Origin: Octopus vulgaris
Taxonomy: Eukaryota
NCBI GenBank assembly: GCA_951406725.2
Contig: OX597826.1
Coordinates: forward strand, 63,488,001-63,552,000
Direction of reading: 5' to 3'
DNA: 64,000 bases
A model generated the notes under the pieces. The model did no database searches. It had not been told where the DNA came from and saw only the letters and a program-made list of their open reading frames with translations. A program made the position numbers and the translations under genes. This document shows, piece by piece, positions 1 through 12,631 of the stretch. Each line of letters begins with the position of its first letter. Position 1 is the first letter of the stretch.

Positions 1-2095
1 ACAAACACAAATAATAACGATGACGAATCACTGTCGTCACCGATATTGTCAACATCGATGTCAACAACATAAAACGTAAAAAGGGCGAAAGAGCCAACCG
101 ACCGAAGCTATTGCGTAGTAGTCATTCGAAATAACAGCCAAATAGCCTTCAAAACAAGAGCGCGCGCACAAACGCACCGAAGGACATTACCCACAGCGAC
201 AACACGCATAAACAGTTATGTGGTCGTCCAGCCTGCTTAAAATAGCAGCCAAACACATTGTAGTGCGTTGGTTGATACGAGAAAGTAACATCAAATAATG
301 AATGAGGTCTTAGATCTATGTTTACGTCTTCAAAAGGAGGGGCGGCCACAGCCGGATTGCAGTTGGTCATAGACCTGCTCCGCCAGAGCAGACCTGGCAA
401 AACTGGCTCTTCACGCCTACACACACACAAATTATGGCCGTCTATTCTACGTCGCAATTGTTCAAACTGGTCAACCTGCTAGATATAGAAGTCAAATCTC
501 ACTCAATTCCCACCTAAGGAAGGACGCGTTGGATAATGCAGTCCTGGGTATATAATATTTATACAAAAAAACCGGGATGGTCACATCTGGAATGGTTTTA
601 ATCATAGGTCTGCTCCATCAGAACTGACTTGGTGTATGTGTGCATGGCCGCAGTCTAATGACTGAAGCAAGTAACAGCCAAAAAATACATGTAGCGTATG
701 TGCACAGACACACACACACACATGTTTGGACTCCATGTCAGCCCTGACTGAACAAGGTATGACCAAAGCGATCTAGCCAAGACGGTCGATGAAGGAAATG
801 GATACTAGGAACTGCAGGTACACTAACGTCCAAGAAGATGCTATAAGTCACAACTAACGCCACTTCGTGAGCTGAGGGAAATACCATCCCTAGCGTACCT
901 CCTTATTTCCATGATTGCATCACATCTTTTGAAACACCAAGGGCTAATTTACCCAATGCATCCATTTAAAAGATGTACAGGGGAGATTTCAGGGAGATTT
1001 GGTGGCTATTTTTGTCAAGTCAGACGATCGTGTTGATGCTCTCTCATTAAAAGTTCTCGGCAATCCGATTTTGACAAAGTTTCGGTTCTCATTTCCAGCT
1101 GCTTCACTTAAATGTTACCTGGATCCTTGGAACTAGGGATAGGAAGGATCTTTACTTTATGCTAAGATTCGTGAGACCGAGGGAAGGTCAGATGTTATAA
1201 GCACATACGCGCACGCGATTAGATGCATAGAGAAACACTGTTCCTCTGGTCCCCGCTACTTCCACTACTGGAGTGATAAAAATCTAAATAATTTACGGCA
1301 TATCTACACAACTGCGCTCACCATCCACCCAGCTTTTGTTTCCTCATAATTTGCAGAAAAATTGGTAATTTTTTTAAAATAAAATTTCCCACAAGTACCT
1401 TTCAGGTGGTGTAGATTTATGATTATATCGGAATTTAATGTGAAAAAGAAAACTGACGAGCGTGCAGCTTCATTTTTGTCTACGGGTGTATACGAGTGCA
1501 CGACCACGAATTTTTTTTTTTTTTTTTTTTTTTCCCCACATTAAATACCAATATAATCGTAACCTACATCAGTTTTCCGAAAGTTACAGGGAACAAAATC
1601 AATTTGAGTGAACTATCCAAAACTACCCTTCAGCCCCAACTGAAAAAAGATTTCACAACAAATCTTGGTCTAATCGGAATCTATACCATCTGACAGATAG
1701 AAGAAAATTTCATTCTGAAAGTTAGGAGGAACTAAATCTAGTGAGGTTTGTGGCGGGCACACATGTATAGGTATGCCTAATTTATATTTCATTCCGTCTC
1801 ACTCTTGATTTCTCTACTGTCATTCATCGAACACCCGAAGTTTGTCCCGGGGTCAAACCCACTGAGTGCTATTTTGGGTGTCTTTTACCATGGTCTGGAT
1901 CAATCAAAGCCTTCTGGGTGAAACTGGGCTGACGGGAACTGTACGAAGGGCCAGCAGGTGAATTGTACCTGTTATTTAACAGTAGCCTTGTCAGACACCG
2001 GTACATACTCAGCCACTTGCACATCAGTTCGATGAAAAACTGGATATTAAACGGTGAAACCAACGGAGATCCTACTATTTAAACGCCAAAAATAC

Positions 2096-2195
2096 CTGAC
2101 AACCTGACAAACTGAATAGTGAACAGAAATGCACATATCAAAAGCCATCGTGATCTCCCAGAGAAGGTATCTATGTTGCGGACAATTATGGAAGG
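2096..2195 (-). other. Putative exon of an unidentified minus-strand gene, possibly containing a start codon (acgATGG; MAFDMCISVHYSVCQVV)
   Basis: Strong acceptor cttttttttactattagtatttctgtAG before 2195, donor CAG|GTATTT after 2096, unique non-repeat sequence. No homolog recognised. Confidence 0.35.
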
Positions 2196-4752
2196 CTACA
2201 GAAATACTAATAGTAAAAAAAAGATTAATCAGTAACATCAACAACAATCAGATAGAATATGGCACTCGGAGAGGGTCACACAATACATTAGAAATAGCAG
2301 TTAAATCTCCGTCAAACTGTACTGTACCGTCTTAAGTAAGGAAACAACACATTAGCTAATGGGAGTCCTACATACTGAAAGGGAAGATGACAGCTGGGAC
2401 ACTTATTCCATAGATCTGCTTGGTTAGGGCTAAACTACTTTTCATTATTGATGGCTGAATCGTTGAAGCGTCGGGCAGAATGCCTTGGAGCATTCTGACT
2501 ATGTTCAGAGTTCAGTTCCCGCTGATGTCAACTTTGCCTTTCAACCCTCTGGAGTCGATAAAATTAAATACCAGTCAAGAACCGAGGTCGATGGTAACAA
2601 CTAATCCCTTCCCTTCAAAATTGCCAGCACTGAGCTTAAACCAGAATCGTCAGCGCGTCAGGTCTAAGCTCTGAATTCAAATTCTACCGAGGTCGGTTCT
2701 TCATTGAGCATTGGGGTCGATGTGGTTCAACTAGTCTTTTTTTGCAAACATCCAAGCCTTGTGTCTATGGTAGAAGGAATTATTATTATTAATTAGTCGG
2801 AGGAGGAGGAGGGACATTGACTATAACCGCTGCAGATACTCACCAGGGTGGGAGATCAATGTTTGTACTGAAGAAAAAAAACGTCATTTTCGACGAAATG
2901 CTGCTGGAGCGCCTTTCACCAGAAATCTATTCTCGGGAGGAGGCAATTCTAAGCAATGATGATTTCAGATTTTGACACAAGGCCAGCAAGTTCGGGGAAA
3001 GGAGTAAGTCGATTACACTGACCCTAGTACTCAACTGGTACTTGTTTTATCAACCCCGAAAGGATGAAAGGTAAAGTCGACCTCACGATCAGTAACGTAG
3101 GTCTTGACACATTCATTCAGCCAGCTAGAAACACGAGCGAATTCTCCTTTAATTCACACTCTACTATTGGTAAAAAAAAATAGGCAACAAAGAGTAATGC
3201 AGTCGTAGATTCATTATGTATGGAAAGAAAAAAAGAAACGACGAATTTGCTCAATCGGGTTTGAACTAGAGCTAATCAACAACGTAGACGAAAATTCCAA
3301 AAGGCTGTGACTCGGAGGATGAAGGATATTTGGTAAACGTGTTCGATCTGATATAGTGTTCTGTGGGGGAAGTTATTGGTAGAGCGGGAAAGCCGAAGCC
3401 AGTGTAGGAAGGTCTGATGTATTCAAAAGAACAGTGGCCGTAGAAGTAGCAGTATTAGAGGCGTTATGTACCAACTGAAGTAGTATAATAAACGAAATAG
3501 AGGGCGATCGTCGCCAATAGAGAGTTGCAACTGGAAACAGTACGGCTTTGCCTCTTTTTCAGGGTTTCGCGTACTCACCTATTTGTGATTGTTAACCAAA
3601 GTCGAAGTAATTACATAAAGGCACTGAAGTGTTCGCTTTCCTTTTCTTCACAACAATGATAATAACTGACACTAAATCATGCACGTACATGTGAGTGTGT
3701 GTGCGTATGAGAGAGAGAGAGATTTATATTTATACAGGTGTGTAATTGAGTATACATACAGGTATGGATGGTGATAAGAAGCTTATTTTGCGACCACATG
3801 GTTTCGGGTTCAGGCCCACCGCATCGTACCTTGGGGAAGTATAATAATAGCCCCGGCCGATCAATGCTTTGTGAGTGAATTTGGTAGACAGAAACAGTGT
3901 ACATAATACACCCACACCAACACAGAGCATGTATATATATATATATGTGTATATATGAGAGGGAGAAAGAGAGATTTCAGTGTGTGCATGCCCACCGCCA
4001 CCAGTGTTTGTTTACGTCCCTGACCGAAAGAAATAAAAGCCAGACTATAAATTTAAAAAAAAAGTACTGGTGGATGATTTCTACGACTAAACGCCTTCAA
4101 GGAGGTGCCCCAGCATGGTCGCAGTGCAATGACTAAAACAAGTGTGTGTGTGTGCTGGATGTGCAGTGCGTGAATGAAATCAGATTCCTCCCTATCTGTA
4201 ACCCGATGTTTCGAAAACCTATTTACTTTCTCTTTCTCGCGTTCTCATTCAATGTTTCCTCTGCGTATAGTTGAAAACCCAGCCAGCCCGTCTATAGCAG
4301 ATAACTTTGGCCCTGTGTGTGTATGTCTATATATATATATGAATATATATTTAACAAACAACAAAATGATAATAAAACTAGCTTTAAACTCCACTAGATA
4401 GTAGTTAGTCTATTGCATTCTCGTTCCGTTCTTTTACGCTATCATTTCTCTGCGCATTGCCATCACTATCTGCTTTAATGGGATTTCATTCAAAGTGATG
4501 ACGATAATGATGACCGTGATACCGATTTTCCACAAACGCTCAAAACAGCCTGATACCACAACAGCTGCAGCTTGGTATTACTAAATAACGGCAATAATAT
4601 TGTGCAATACTAATAATGACAAATACTGTAAAAAAAAAAATATATATATATATATATAACACAATAGTCACAAACGATTATAACGGTCACAGCAAAAAAA
4701 AAGTAGCTGTCTCTCTCTCTCTCTCTCTGTATCACCATATAGATAGATTGTC

Positions 4753-4818
<66 letters not shown>

Positions 4819-5317
4819 ATACACAAAGAGGAAACCCTTTTGTAGTCACTTTGGGAGAGGATCCTTTAAGGCAAACCGGCTGATAACATTAAGCAGACTT
4901 TATGCCAGCCAATTCCTTGGACCTGTCTGGGACCCACCACCAAATTTTGTTAACAATAACAGAGACAGAAAGAAACACACACGCATATATATATATATAT
5001 ATTTCTGTGTATGTGTATGTATGTGTGTGTATAATTTTTGTGTGAGTGTATAATTATGTAATTATTAACGCTGATATGCCAACGGCAATGAACAATGAAT
5101 ATAATAATAATAAGCATATTACAAAAGCATAATAGAAATAACGATCATATACATATATACATATATATATACATATATATATATACATATATATATACAT
5201 ATATATGTATATATATATATATGATCGCTTCTTCTTCTTACCAAGTGCCAGATGCTCCGATGTGCTTTCCCCCTGTGCAGCAGAAACGAAATAATAACAA
5301 TAAACAAATTCACCACT

Positions 5318-5369
5318 TAGTCACGTGACTATGTCTCATGAAGTTGGAAGCAGCAACTGATCACATGAC
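5318..5369. promoter_or_regulatory. Perfect CLEAR/E-box palindrome (TAGTCACGTGACTA) plus a second M-box-like site (TCACATGAC)
   Basis: 14-bp palindrome at 5318-5331 contains GTCACGTGAC, the MiT/TFE (also USF) consensus. The second site is at 5361-5369. A minus-strand donor TTG|GTAAGA lies at 5242/5241. Confidence 0.4.
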
Positions 5370-5389
5370 AATGTTTGGGATTACAACAC

Positions 5390-5810
5390 GCCCTCCCTCT
5401 TTCTTTCTCTATGTCTCTCTATCTCTCTCTTTGTCTATTTCTTTCTCTTTCTTTCTTTCTTCCGCGCTCTCTGTTTTTCTGTCTCTCTTTCCTCCCCACA
5501 CACCGCCCTCTTTCTTTGTGTCTGTCTTTTTCTTTCTTTCTCTATGTCTCTCTATCTCTCTGTCTCTCCTTCTCTTTCTTTCTTTCTTTCTTTCTTTCTT
5601 CCGCGCTCTCTGTTTTTCTGTCTCTCTTTCCTCCCCACCCCACCGCCCTCTTTCTTTGTGTCTGTCTTTTTCTTTCTTTCCCTATTTCTCTCTATCTCTC
5701 TGTCTCTCCTTTTCTCTTTCTTTCTTTCTTCCGCGCTCTCTGTTTTTTCTGTCTCTCTTTCTTTCCCCCCCCCGGCCCTCTTTCTTTGTGTCTGTCTTTT
5801 TCTTTCTTGT

Positions 5811-5843
<33 letters not shown>

Positions 5844-5860
5844 GTCACTCTCTTTCCGTG
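5390..5860. repeat. Pyrimidine-rich compound tandem repeat, about three ~130-140 bp units
   Basis: Units restart at tccgcgctctctgttttt near 5461, 5600 and 5730. Confidence 0.85.
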
Positions 5861-6264
5861 TCTATGGTGATGATTGCATGATCATTCATATATACATTTA
5901 ATACATTACGTACATACAATGTCGCAGCTGGCTGGTCGGCAAGATGCTAGCAAAAATGTCAATAGGTCGTATCTCATTTACCGATGCTACAGGTTTTAAT
6001 CTCAGCAAATGCACTTCGTGACTGGCTCATACAATGACTCTGCCTTGGATGCAACTTCGTACAAGGGGAGAGAGCTAACCGACTGTCATGCCTTCAGGAA
6101 GGAAAACAGTCGCACAGTGGAAGAAACAAAACAAAATTATTACTTTTTTAGCAGTTCTATGAACGAAATAGCCGCCTCGTCTTTTACCCTTTTTCATCTA
6201 TTCATGTATTTACTTACTTACTTTTTTATTATTAGTGTTGAGGAATATGTTCACATCATCTAAG

Positions 6265-6572
6265 AGTGTCGTTCCCTTTTTTAAGATGTTGGGATAGGAT
6301 TTGAGCGGGCGTTTGACTGTTATTTCTAACATTTTCGTTGGTTTTCTGACCAAATCACCCCCAATTATTATTTTTTTTTGCCAACTACAAGGGGTGGTCA
6401 TAAAAAAAAATCGAGGTAAAAGTGTCGTTCCCTTTTCTAAGATGTTGGGATAGGATTTGAGCGGGCGTTTGACTGTTATTTCTAACATGTTCGTTGGTTT
6501 TCTGACCAAATACCCCCAATTTTTTTTTTTTGCCAACTACAAGGAGTGGCCATATAAAAAAATCGAGGTAAA
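6265..6572. repeat. Tandem duplication of a ~155 bp unit
   Basis: agtgtcgttcccttt...aaaatcgaggtaaa occurs at 6265-6420 and again at 6421-6572. Confidence 0.9.
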
Positions 6573-6828
6573 TTTTCTTTGGAATTTTTATATTGGTTTT
6601 GTTTATATAGGAACCGGTATAAAACGGGTAACTTTGGAAATTGCTGTTATCTTTTAATCTTTTTCTTGTGAAAATAGGGGGTGGGGGTGGCGGAGGAAGT
6701 CTTTCCACACAAAGACACACACCCACACACACATACATTATATATACGACGTCTACCAAATCCACTCACAAGGATTCGGTCGGTCCAACTTAACTTTTAT
6801 CAACTTTTTGGGTGGTAATACAATGACG

Positions 6829-7330
6829 AGTGGAGGCGCGTGGCTTAGTGGTTAGGGTGTCAGGCGGCGAGCTGGCAGAAACGTTAGCACGCCGGGCGAA
6901 ATGCGTAGCCGTATTTCGTCTGCCGTTATGTTCTGAGTTCAAATTCCGCCGAGGTCGACTTTGCCTTTCATCCTTTCGGGGTCGATAAATTAAGTACCAG
7001 TTACGCACTGGGGTCGAAATATAATCGACTTAATCCGTTTGACTGTCCTTGTTTGTCCTCTCTGTGTTTAGCCCCTTGTGGGTAGTAAAGAAATAGGTTA
7101 GGGTGTCAGCACAATGATCGTAAGATTGTGGTTTCGATTCCTGGACCGGGCGACGCGTTGTCTTCTTGAGCAAAGCACTTCATTTCACGTTTCTCCAGTC
7201 CACTCAGCTGGCAAAAATGAGTAACGCTGCGATAGACTGGCGTCTCGTCCAGCTGGGGGGAACACATACGCCACAGAAACCGGGAAAACCGGGCCCATGA
7301 GCCTGGCTAGACTTTAAAAAAGGGCGCATT
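6829..7330 (+). mobile_element. tRNA-derived V-domain-type SINE interrupted by a Nin-type SINE
   Basis: A-box head tggcttagtggttagggtg, B-box ggtttcgattcc and V-like ctgcgatagactggcgtctcgtccag. An uninterrupted copy is at 12381-12631 (-). Confidence 0.8.
6864..7095 (+). mobile_element. tRNA-derived Nin/Deu-domain SINE with 14-bp target site duplication
   Basis: B-box gagttcaaattcc and Nin-like gcctttcatcctttcggggtcgataaattaagtaccag. TSD ggttagggtgtcag at 6850-6863 and 7096-7109. Confidence 0.85.
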
Positions 7331-8148
7331 TATTATTTTTTAATACAATGACGAACATTCTTAATACGACCGAGCAGATTCGAACGTGAATATCTTTCAT
7401 CTGTCGTAGTTTGGTTACGGAGATCTGCTTATTTTCCATTTGTTACAACTCCTCCCATCAATAATCTATCATTTGCTCCTCTTCCTCCGCATCTTCTCTG
7501 ATTCTTACTCATTGTGTGTATTCGTTGTTTTCCTCAACGCGTGCATTCATCCTGCTCCATCTATGTTAACTCCTTTTACCCCCTCTCTCTAGCCGATGGA
7601 ATCACCCAATTTTTATATCCAGGCAGCATACTACGGATTATGGCATATGTGTGTGTGTGTATCAATATTGCGTAAGTGCAAGCGCAATATAATTGGCACA
7701 AATTGTATCATAATATTCTGACCAGTTAAGGCGGCGAGCTGGCAGAATAATTAGCATACTGGGCAAATTGCTTAGCAGCATTTTGTACTAAAGAAAAAAA
7801 ACGTCATTTTCGACGAAATTCTGAGTTCAAATTCCACTGAGACCAACTTTGCCTTTCATCCCTTTCAGGGGTTGATAGAATAAGTACCAGTTGAGTATGG
7901 GGGTCTATATAATCAGCTTAACCCCTTCCCTGAAATTTGAAACCAATTTTGTGTAAGTGCGATAATTAGCATGAAACGGATTGTAATATTCTGACCAATT
8001 AAGACAGGGAACTGACAGAATCATTAGCATGCTGGGCAAAATACTTTGTGGCATTTCATCTGTCTTCACAATCTGAGTTCAAATCCCACCAAGCTCTACT
8101 TCTTTATGCAAACTGTCAAATTTATGCCACACACTCTGTACATATCTA

Positions 8149-8182
<34 letters not shown>

Positions 8183-8183
<1 letters not shown>

Positions 8184-8652
8184 GAACCCAGAAATTGAAA
8201 ACAGAGGGTTACCCACTTGCAAACAAATGTGGTAACATATAACAATATTGACCAAGGTTACCGTGGTCTTTTTCGTAGGCTTTTCTTCCCACGGATAAAC
8301 CTTACTTGCTTTCCCCTTTACACCATATATCATAACACTGTGATACACGATCCTATTGATCGTTCTTTTTTTCCTCTTCCCCCTTTTTTTTCCCCTTTTT
8401 TCTTCTTTTTTCATTTCTCTTTCCTTTTGTTCCTTTTCCTTTTCTTTTTTTTTTCTTTTTATTCCTTTTATTTTATTCAATTTTGTTTTTGTTTTTGTTC
8501 TTTTCTCCCCTTTTACGATCCCTCTTGATCGAAAACCTATGCCACCCCTTTTTTTTCTTTTGTTTTTTTGTTCTCTTCATCCCCCCAAAAGAAAAGCTCT
8601 ACCTTGTAACTTGTCCCATCTGTGTGCAGCCCTGTGTGGCCAATAAAGAAAC
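8183..8652 (+). mobile_element. Unclassified retroelement 3' end inserted in a (TATC)n tract
   Basis: (TATC)n on both sides, a T-rich UTR-like body, and a terminal AATAAAGAAA. Confidence 0.45.
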
Positions 8653-8700
<48 letters not shown>

Positions 8701-8710
8701 ATATATATAT

Positions 8711-8872
8711 ATAAGAAAATGGAGGAATAGATTTCTTTGAATCATCAACTTCCAGATAATACCAATTCATATAATTTATTAACTAATTATTTAGATTAAA
8801 TAGGAACATTACATGAATTGGTATTATCTGGAAGTTGATGATTGAAAGAAATCTATTCCTCCATTTTCTTAT
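8711..8872. repeat. Inverted repeat with 60-bp arms and 42-bp spacer
   Basis: Arms 8711-8770 and 8813-8872 are reverse complements with about one mismatch. Confidence 0.9.
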
Positions 8873-9231
8873 TTTGTATTATGAATTTGAGGTAAAACAT
8901 CTAATTTCCCCCATATAATACAATAATTGAATTAATTGCATTGCAATTCTAAGCATTTATGTATTAGCCTTCTGGGTACTTTACTAGCAGTATATTGGAT
9001 AAATGATATCCCATAGTGGGTTACACTCATAACCCCTATCTCACTTTGTACTTATATATATATATATATATATATAAATTGAGATAGGGTATATATATAT
9101 ATGTCATGGGATCATCATATATTCTATTTTCCATACTGACATGGGAGTCGAATTGGCCAACCAAATGTACCATAAATCTGTTTTGGCTTGTTTTCTATGG
9201 TTGGATGCCATATTCATTTATGTATTATATG

Positions 9232-9268
<37 letters not shown>

Positions 9269-9450
9269 TGAAAATAAAATAAAAACATACTAATAGCAAG
9301 ATAAGAAAATGGAGATTAAACAAAGCATAATGTAATATCAATTACCAGATAATACTCAAAGTATGTGATTGAGTATTATCTGGTAATTGATATTTGATTT
9401 AATGAGAATGAGATTGGATGTTGAGGTAATCCAAATTTTCATATATAGAG

Positions 9451-9501
<51 letters not shown>

Positions 9502-9705
9502 ATATATATATATATCATTATCATCATATAGCGTCTATTTTCCATGCTGACATGGGTTAGACGGCTTGAGTCGAATTGGCAAGCCAGAGAGCTGTGCCAG
9601 GCTCCAGTCTGTTTTGGCTTGATTTCTATGGTTGGATGCCACAGTCAACATGTATGTATGTACGTATGTATGTATGTATGTATGTATGTATGTATGTATG
9701 TATGA

Positions 9706-9736
<31 letters not shown>

Positions 9737-9740
<4 letters not shown>

Positions 9741-10919
9741 GTCATCCCATAAATAATAGTTTTTTCAATTGCATGAACTAAAAGCCGGGGGGGGGGGGGC
9801 AGGATAACTACCTGCATCAACCTTCTTTAAAAGGAGGTAGTAATTTTACCTTGTGCTTGTTCTTAGTGCAAGTTTTGAAGTGTGCAGTTTGATTTTAACA
9901 CTTATTTTTTCAAAGCTATAATGGAAGTGACAAAGGACCATATTTTGCATATTTTGCTTAATGAGTTCAATAAAGGTAACAATGCAATGGAAAGTGCAAA
10001 GAATATTAAAGCATATGGGGATCGGACAATAAGAGTAAGCCAGTGTCAACGGTGGTTCCAGAAATTCCAAGCTGGAAACTACAGCCTAGAAGATGAGCCT
10101 CATTCTAGAAGATCTGAGGAGCTCAACAAAGACATCCTACAAACCCTGGTGGAACAAAATCCCATTGTATCTGTTGAGAAACTAGCAGAGAAACTTGGAT
10201 TTGGTCACTCAGCCATTGATCAACACCTGCATGCCATAGGAAAAGTCAGCAAATTTGATCAATGTGTTCCTCACAAACTTTCTGAGTCTAATCACGTATA
10301 GAGAGTGAATGTGTGCTCTTCTTTGCTGTCACGCCCAACGAATGAACCTTTTTGAGGATTGAATAGTGACTGGTGACAAGTATTGGGATCTCTATAAAAA
10401 TGTCAAGTGCCAAAGACAGTGGGTAGAGTAAGGAGGTACCCCAGGCTAAAGAAGATCTTCACCCACATATGGTGTTGTTTTCTGTTTGGTGGGATATGAA
10501 AGATTTAGCCCACTTTGAACTTTTAAACCCAAACCAAACAATAATAAATAAGAATTACTGTGAACAGCTGGAGCAGCTTAAGTCAGTGCTAGAAGAAAAA
10601 CAACTGTCTTTGGTTTCAAGACAAAATGTGTTCTTCCATCAGGATAATGTTTGGCCACATACAGCTAGGATGACAGTTTGAATGGGAAACAATGCCCCAC
10701 CCACCATATTTGCTGGACATTGCTCCATCTGATTATCATTTATTCCACAGTCTTCTAAATCATTTGGATGGAAAAAACATGAATTCTGTTGACAACAGTA
10801 CTGGAGGAGAATTTTTCGTCACTGACAAGTGAATTTTGGAAGAGAGACATCGCAAGAACTTTATCTTCATTTTGAAAAATAAAAGAAGTATACAAAAACC
10901 CCTTTATTTATGGGATGAC
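9737..10919 (+). mobile_element. Degenerate near-full-length mariner (DD34D) transposon
   Basis: TIRs ttgggtcatcccataaataa and ttatttatgggatgac. Transposase remnants from ATG 9921 include an HTH region (QRWFQKF), CVPHKL (WVPHEL-like), IVTGD, FHQDN and HPPYLLDIAPSDYHLF, with stops and frameshifts. Confidence 0.92.
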
Positions 10920-10964
10920 AGCTCCTATACGCATTTTTTTCTCTCCTTGTTTCTTTTCTGTGTA

Positions 10965-11002
10965 TCTTTCTGTCGAAGAGCGTAGGCTCGAAACGTAAAA
11001 GA
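10965..11002 (+). ncRNA. Minimal type I hammerhead-like motif, A6U core variant
   Basis: tcttt CTGTCGA a gagc-gtag-gctc GAAA cg TA aaaga, with palindromic stem III ACGT. A second copy is at 19241-19278 (-). Confidence 0.5.
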
Positions 11003-12380
11003 CTTGTTCTATTTCTATTCCTGAGCGCCATACTAATACATTTGTTTGTTTGTACTCCACCTGCCTTCGTCTTTTGTTTATTTTCGTAAACCTTCCCGTT
11101 ATATGTATACATATAAACACACATATATACATATGTACATACATACCTATATATGTATATGCAGATGTATGTGTGTGTATCTGTATACATATATGTATGC
11201 CTGTATGTGAGAAAAAGACAAAGCAGGAACATGGTCTAATGGTTAGGTTGTTGTATGATCACAAGATCATAATTTTAATTTCCAAACAAGCAGTGTGTAG
11301 TGTTCTTACACAAAATATTTTGCTTCGTGTTGCTCAAGTCCACTCAGCTGTAAAAGGGTAACCCTGTGACAGACTGGCACTCCATTCATGGGGTATGTTG
11401 GCCTGCCAACCTAACCAGCTGGGTGGCATCATTTGAAACCACCAACAATGCAAGGAAGTGCACTGTTACCAGCAGTGTATAACAACATCTGATAGTCTGG
11501 TTAATACAGTAATAGTGGTACAGTGATATATCTTTTATCTTTTATCTTTTCTTATTTCTGTCATTAGACTGTGGCCATGCTGGGGTACAACTTCGAAGAG
11601 TTTAGTCAAACAGATCACCCCCCACCCACCACCAGTAATTTTATTTTTAAATCTGGTACTTATTCTATCAATTTCTTTCTGCCAAGCTGTTAAGTTATAG
11701 GGGCATAACTGCACTGACACTGGTTGCCAAATGGTGGTGAGAACAAATACATGCACACACACACACACACATGCGCATTTATGTGACAGGGTTGTTTCAG
11801 TTTCTGTCTACCAAAACCATTCACAAAAGGCCCTGGTCCAACTGAGGCTATATCGGAAGACACTTGACCAAGATGCCATGCAGTGGGACTGAACCCAGAA
11901 CCATGTGGTTGGGAAGAAAACTTAACACCACACACCCACACCTGCACCTCACATCATTCTTTTCTACTCCAGGTAAAAGGCCCAAAATTTTAGAGGAAGG
12001 GGCCAGTTGATTAGATTGACCCCAAAACACAATTGGTACTTAATTTATCGACCCCGAAAGGATGAAAGGCAAAGTCAACCTCGGTGGAATTTGAACTCAG
12101 AACGTAAAGACAGACGAAATGCCACTAAACATTTTGCCTGGTGTGCTAACGTTTCTGCCAGCTTGCCGTCTTCTGCACCTTACATTATCAGTCCTGCTAA
12201 TGTCAGCTTCGCCTTTCAACATGCATATATACTCTACATACATACATACATGCATTATTTAAGTATATATGAGCATGTCTAGACATGCAACTATATGCAT
12301 GAGAATACATACATAAAACAAAACATACAGATCTGCATGTATACATACATACATACATACATACATGCATGCATAAATAA

Positions 12381-12631
12381 ATGAGCCCTTTTAAAGCCTA
12401 GCCAGGCTCATGGGCCCAGTTTCCCGGTTTCTATTTTGCGTATGTGTTCCCCAGTTGGATGGGATGCCAGTCCATCGCAACATTACTCATTTTTGCCAGC
12501 TGAGTGGACTGGAGCAACGTGAAATGAAGTGTTTTACTCAAGAACACAACGCGTCGCCCGGTCTAGGAATTGAAACCACAATCTTACGATCATGATGCCA
12601 ACACCCTAACCACTAAGCCACGCACCTCCAC
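12381..12631 (-). mobile_element. Full-length V-domain-type tRNA SINE
   Basis: Reverse complement matches the element at 6829-7330 without the nested insert. Confidence 0.85.

Noticed and set aside
6829-6960. tRNA-like A-box and B-box sequences, with many similar copies in the window
   Set aside because: They are SINE heads attached to SINE bodies, with no complete cloverleaf.
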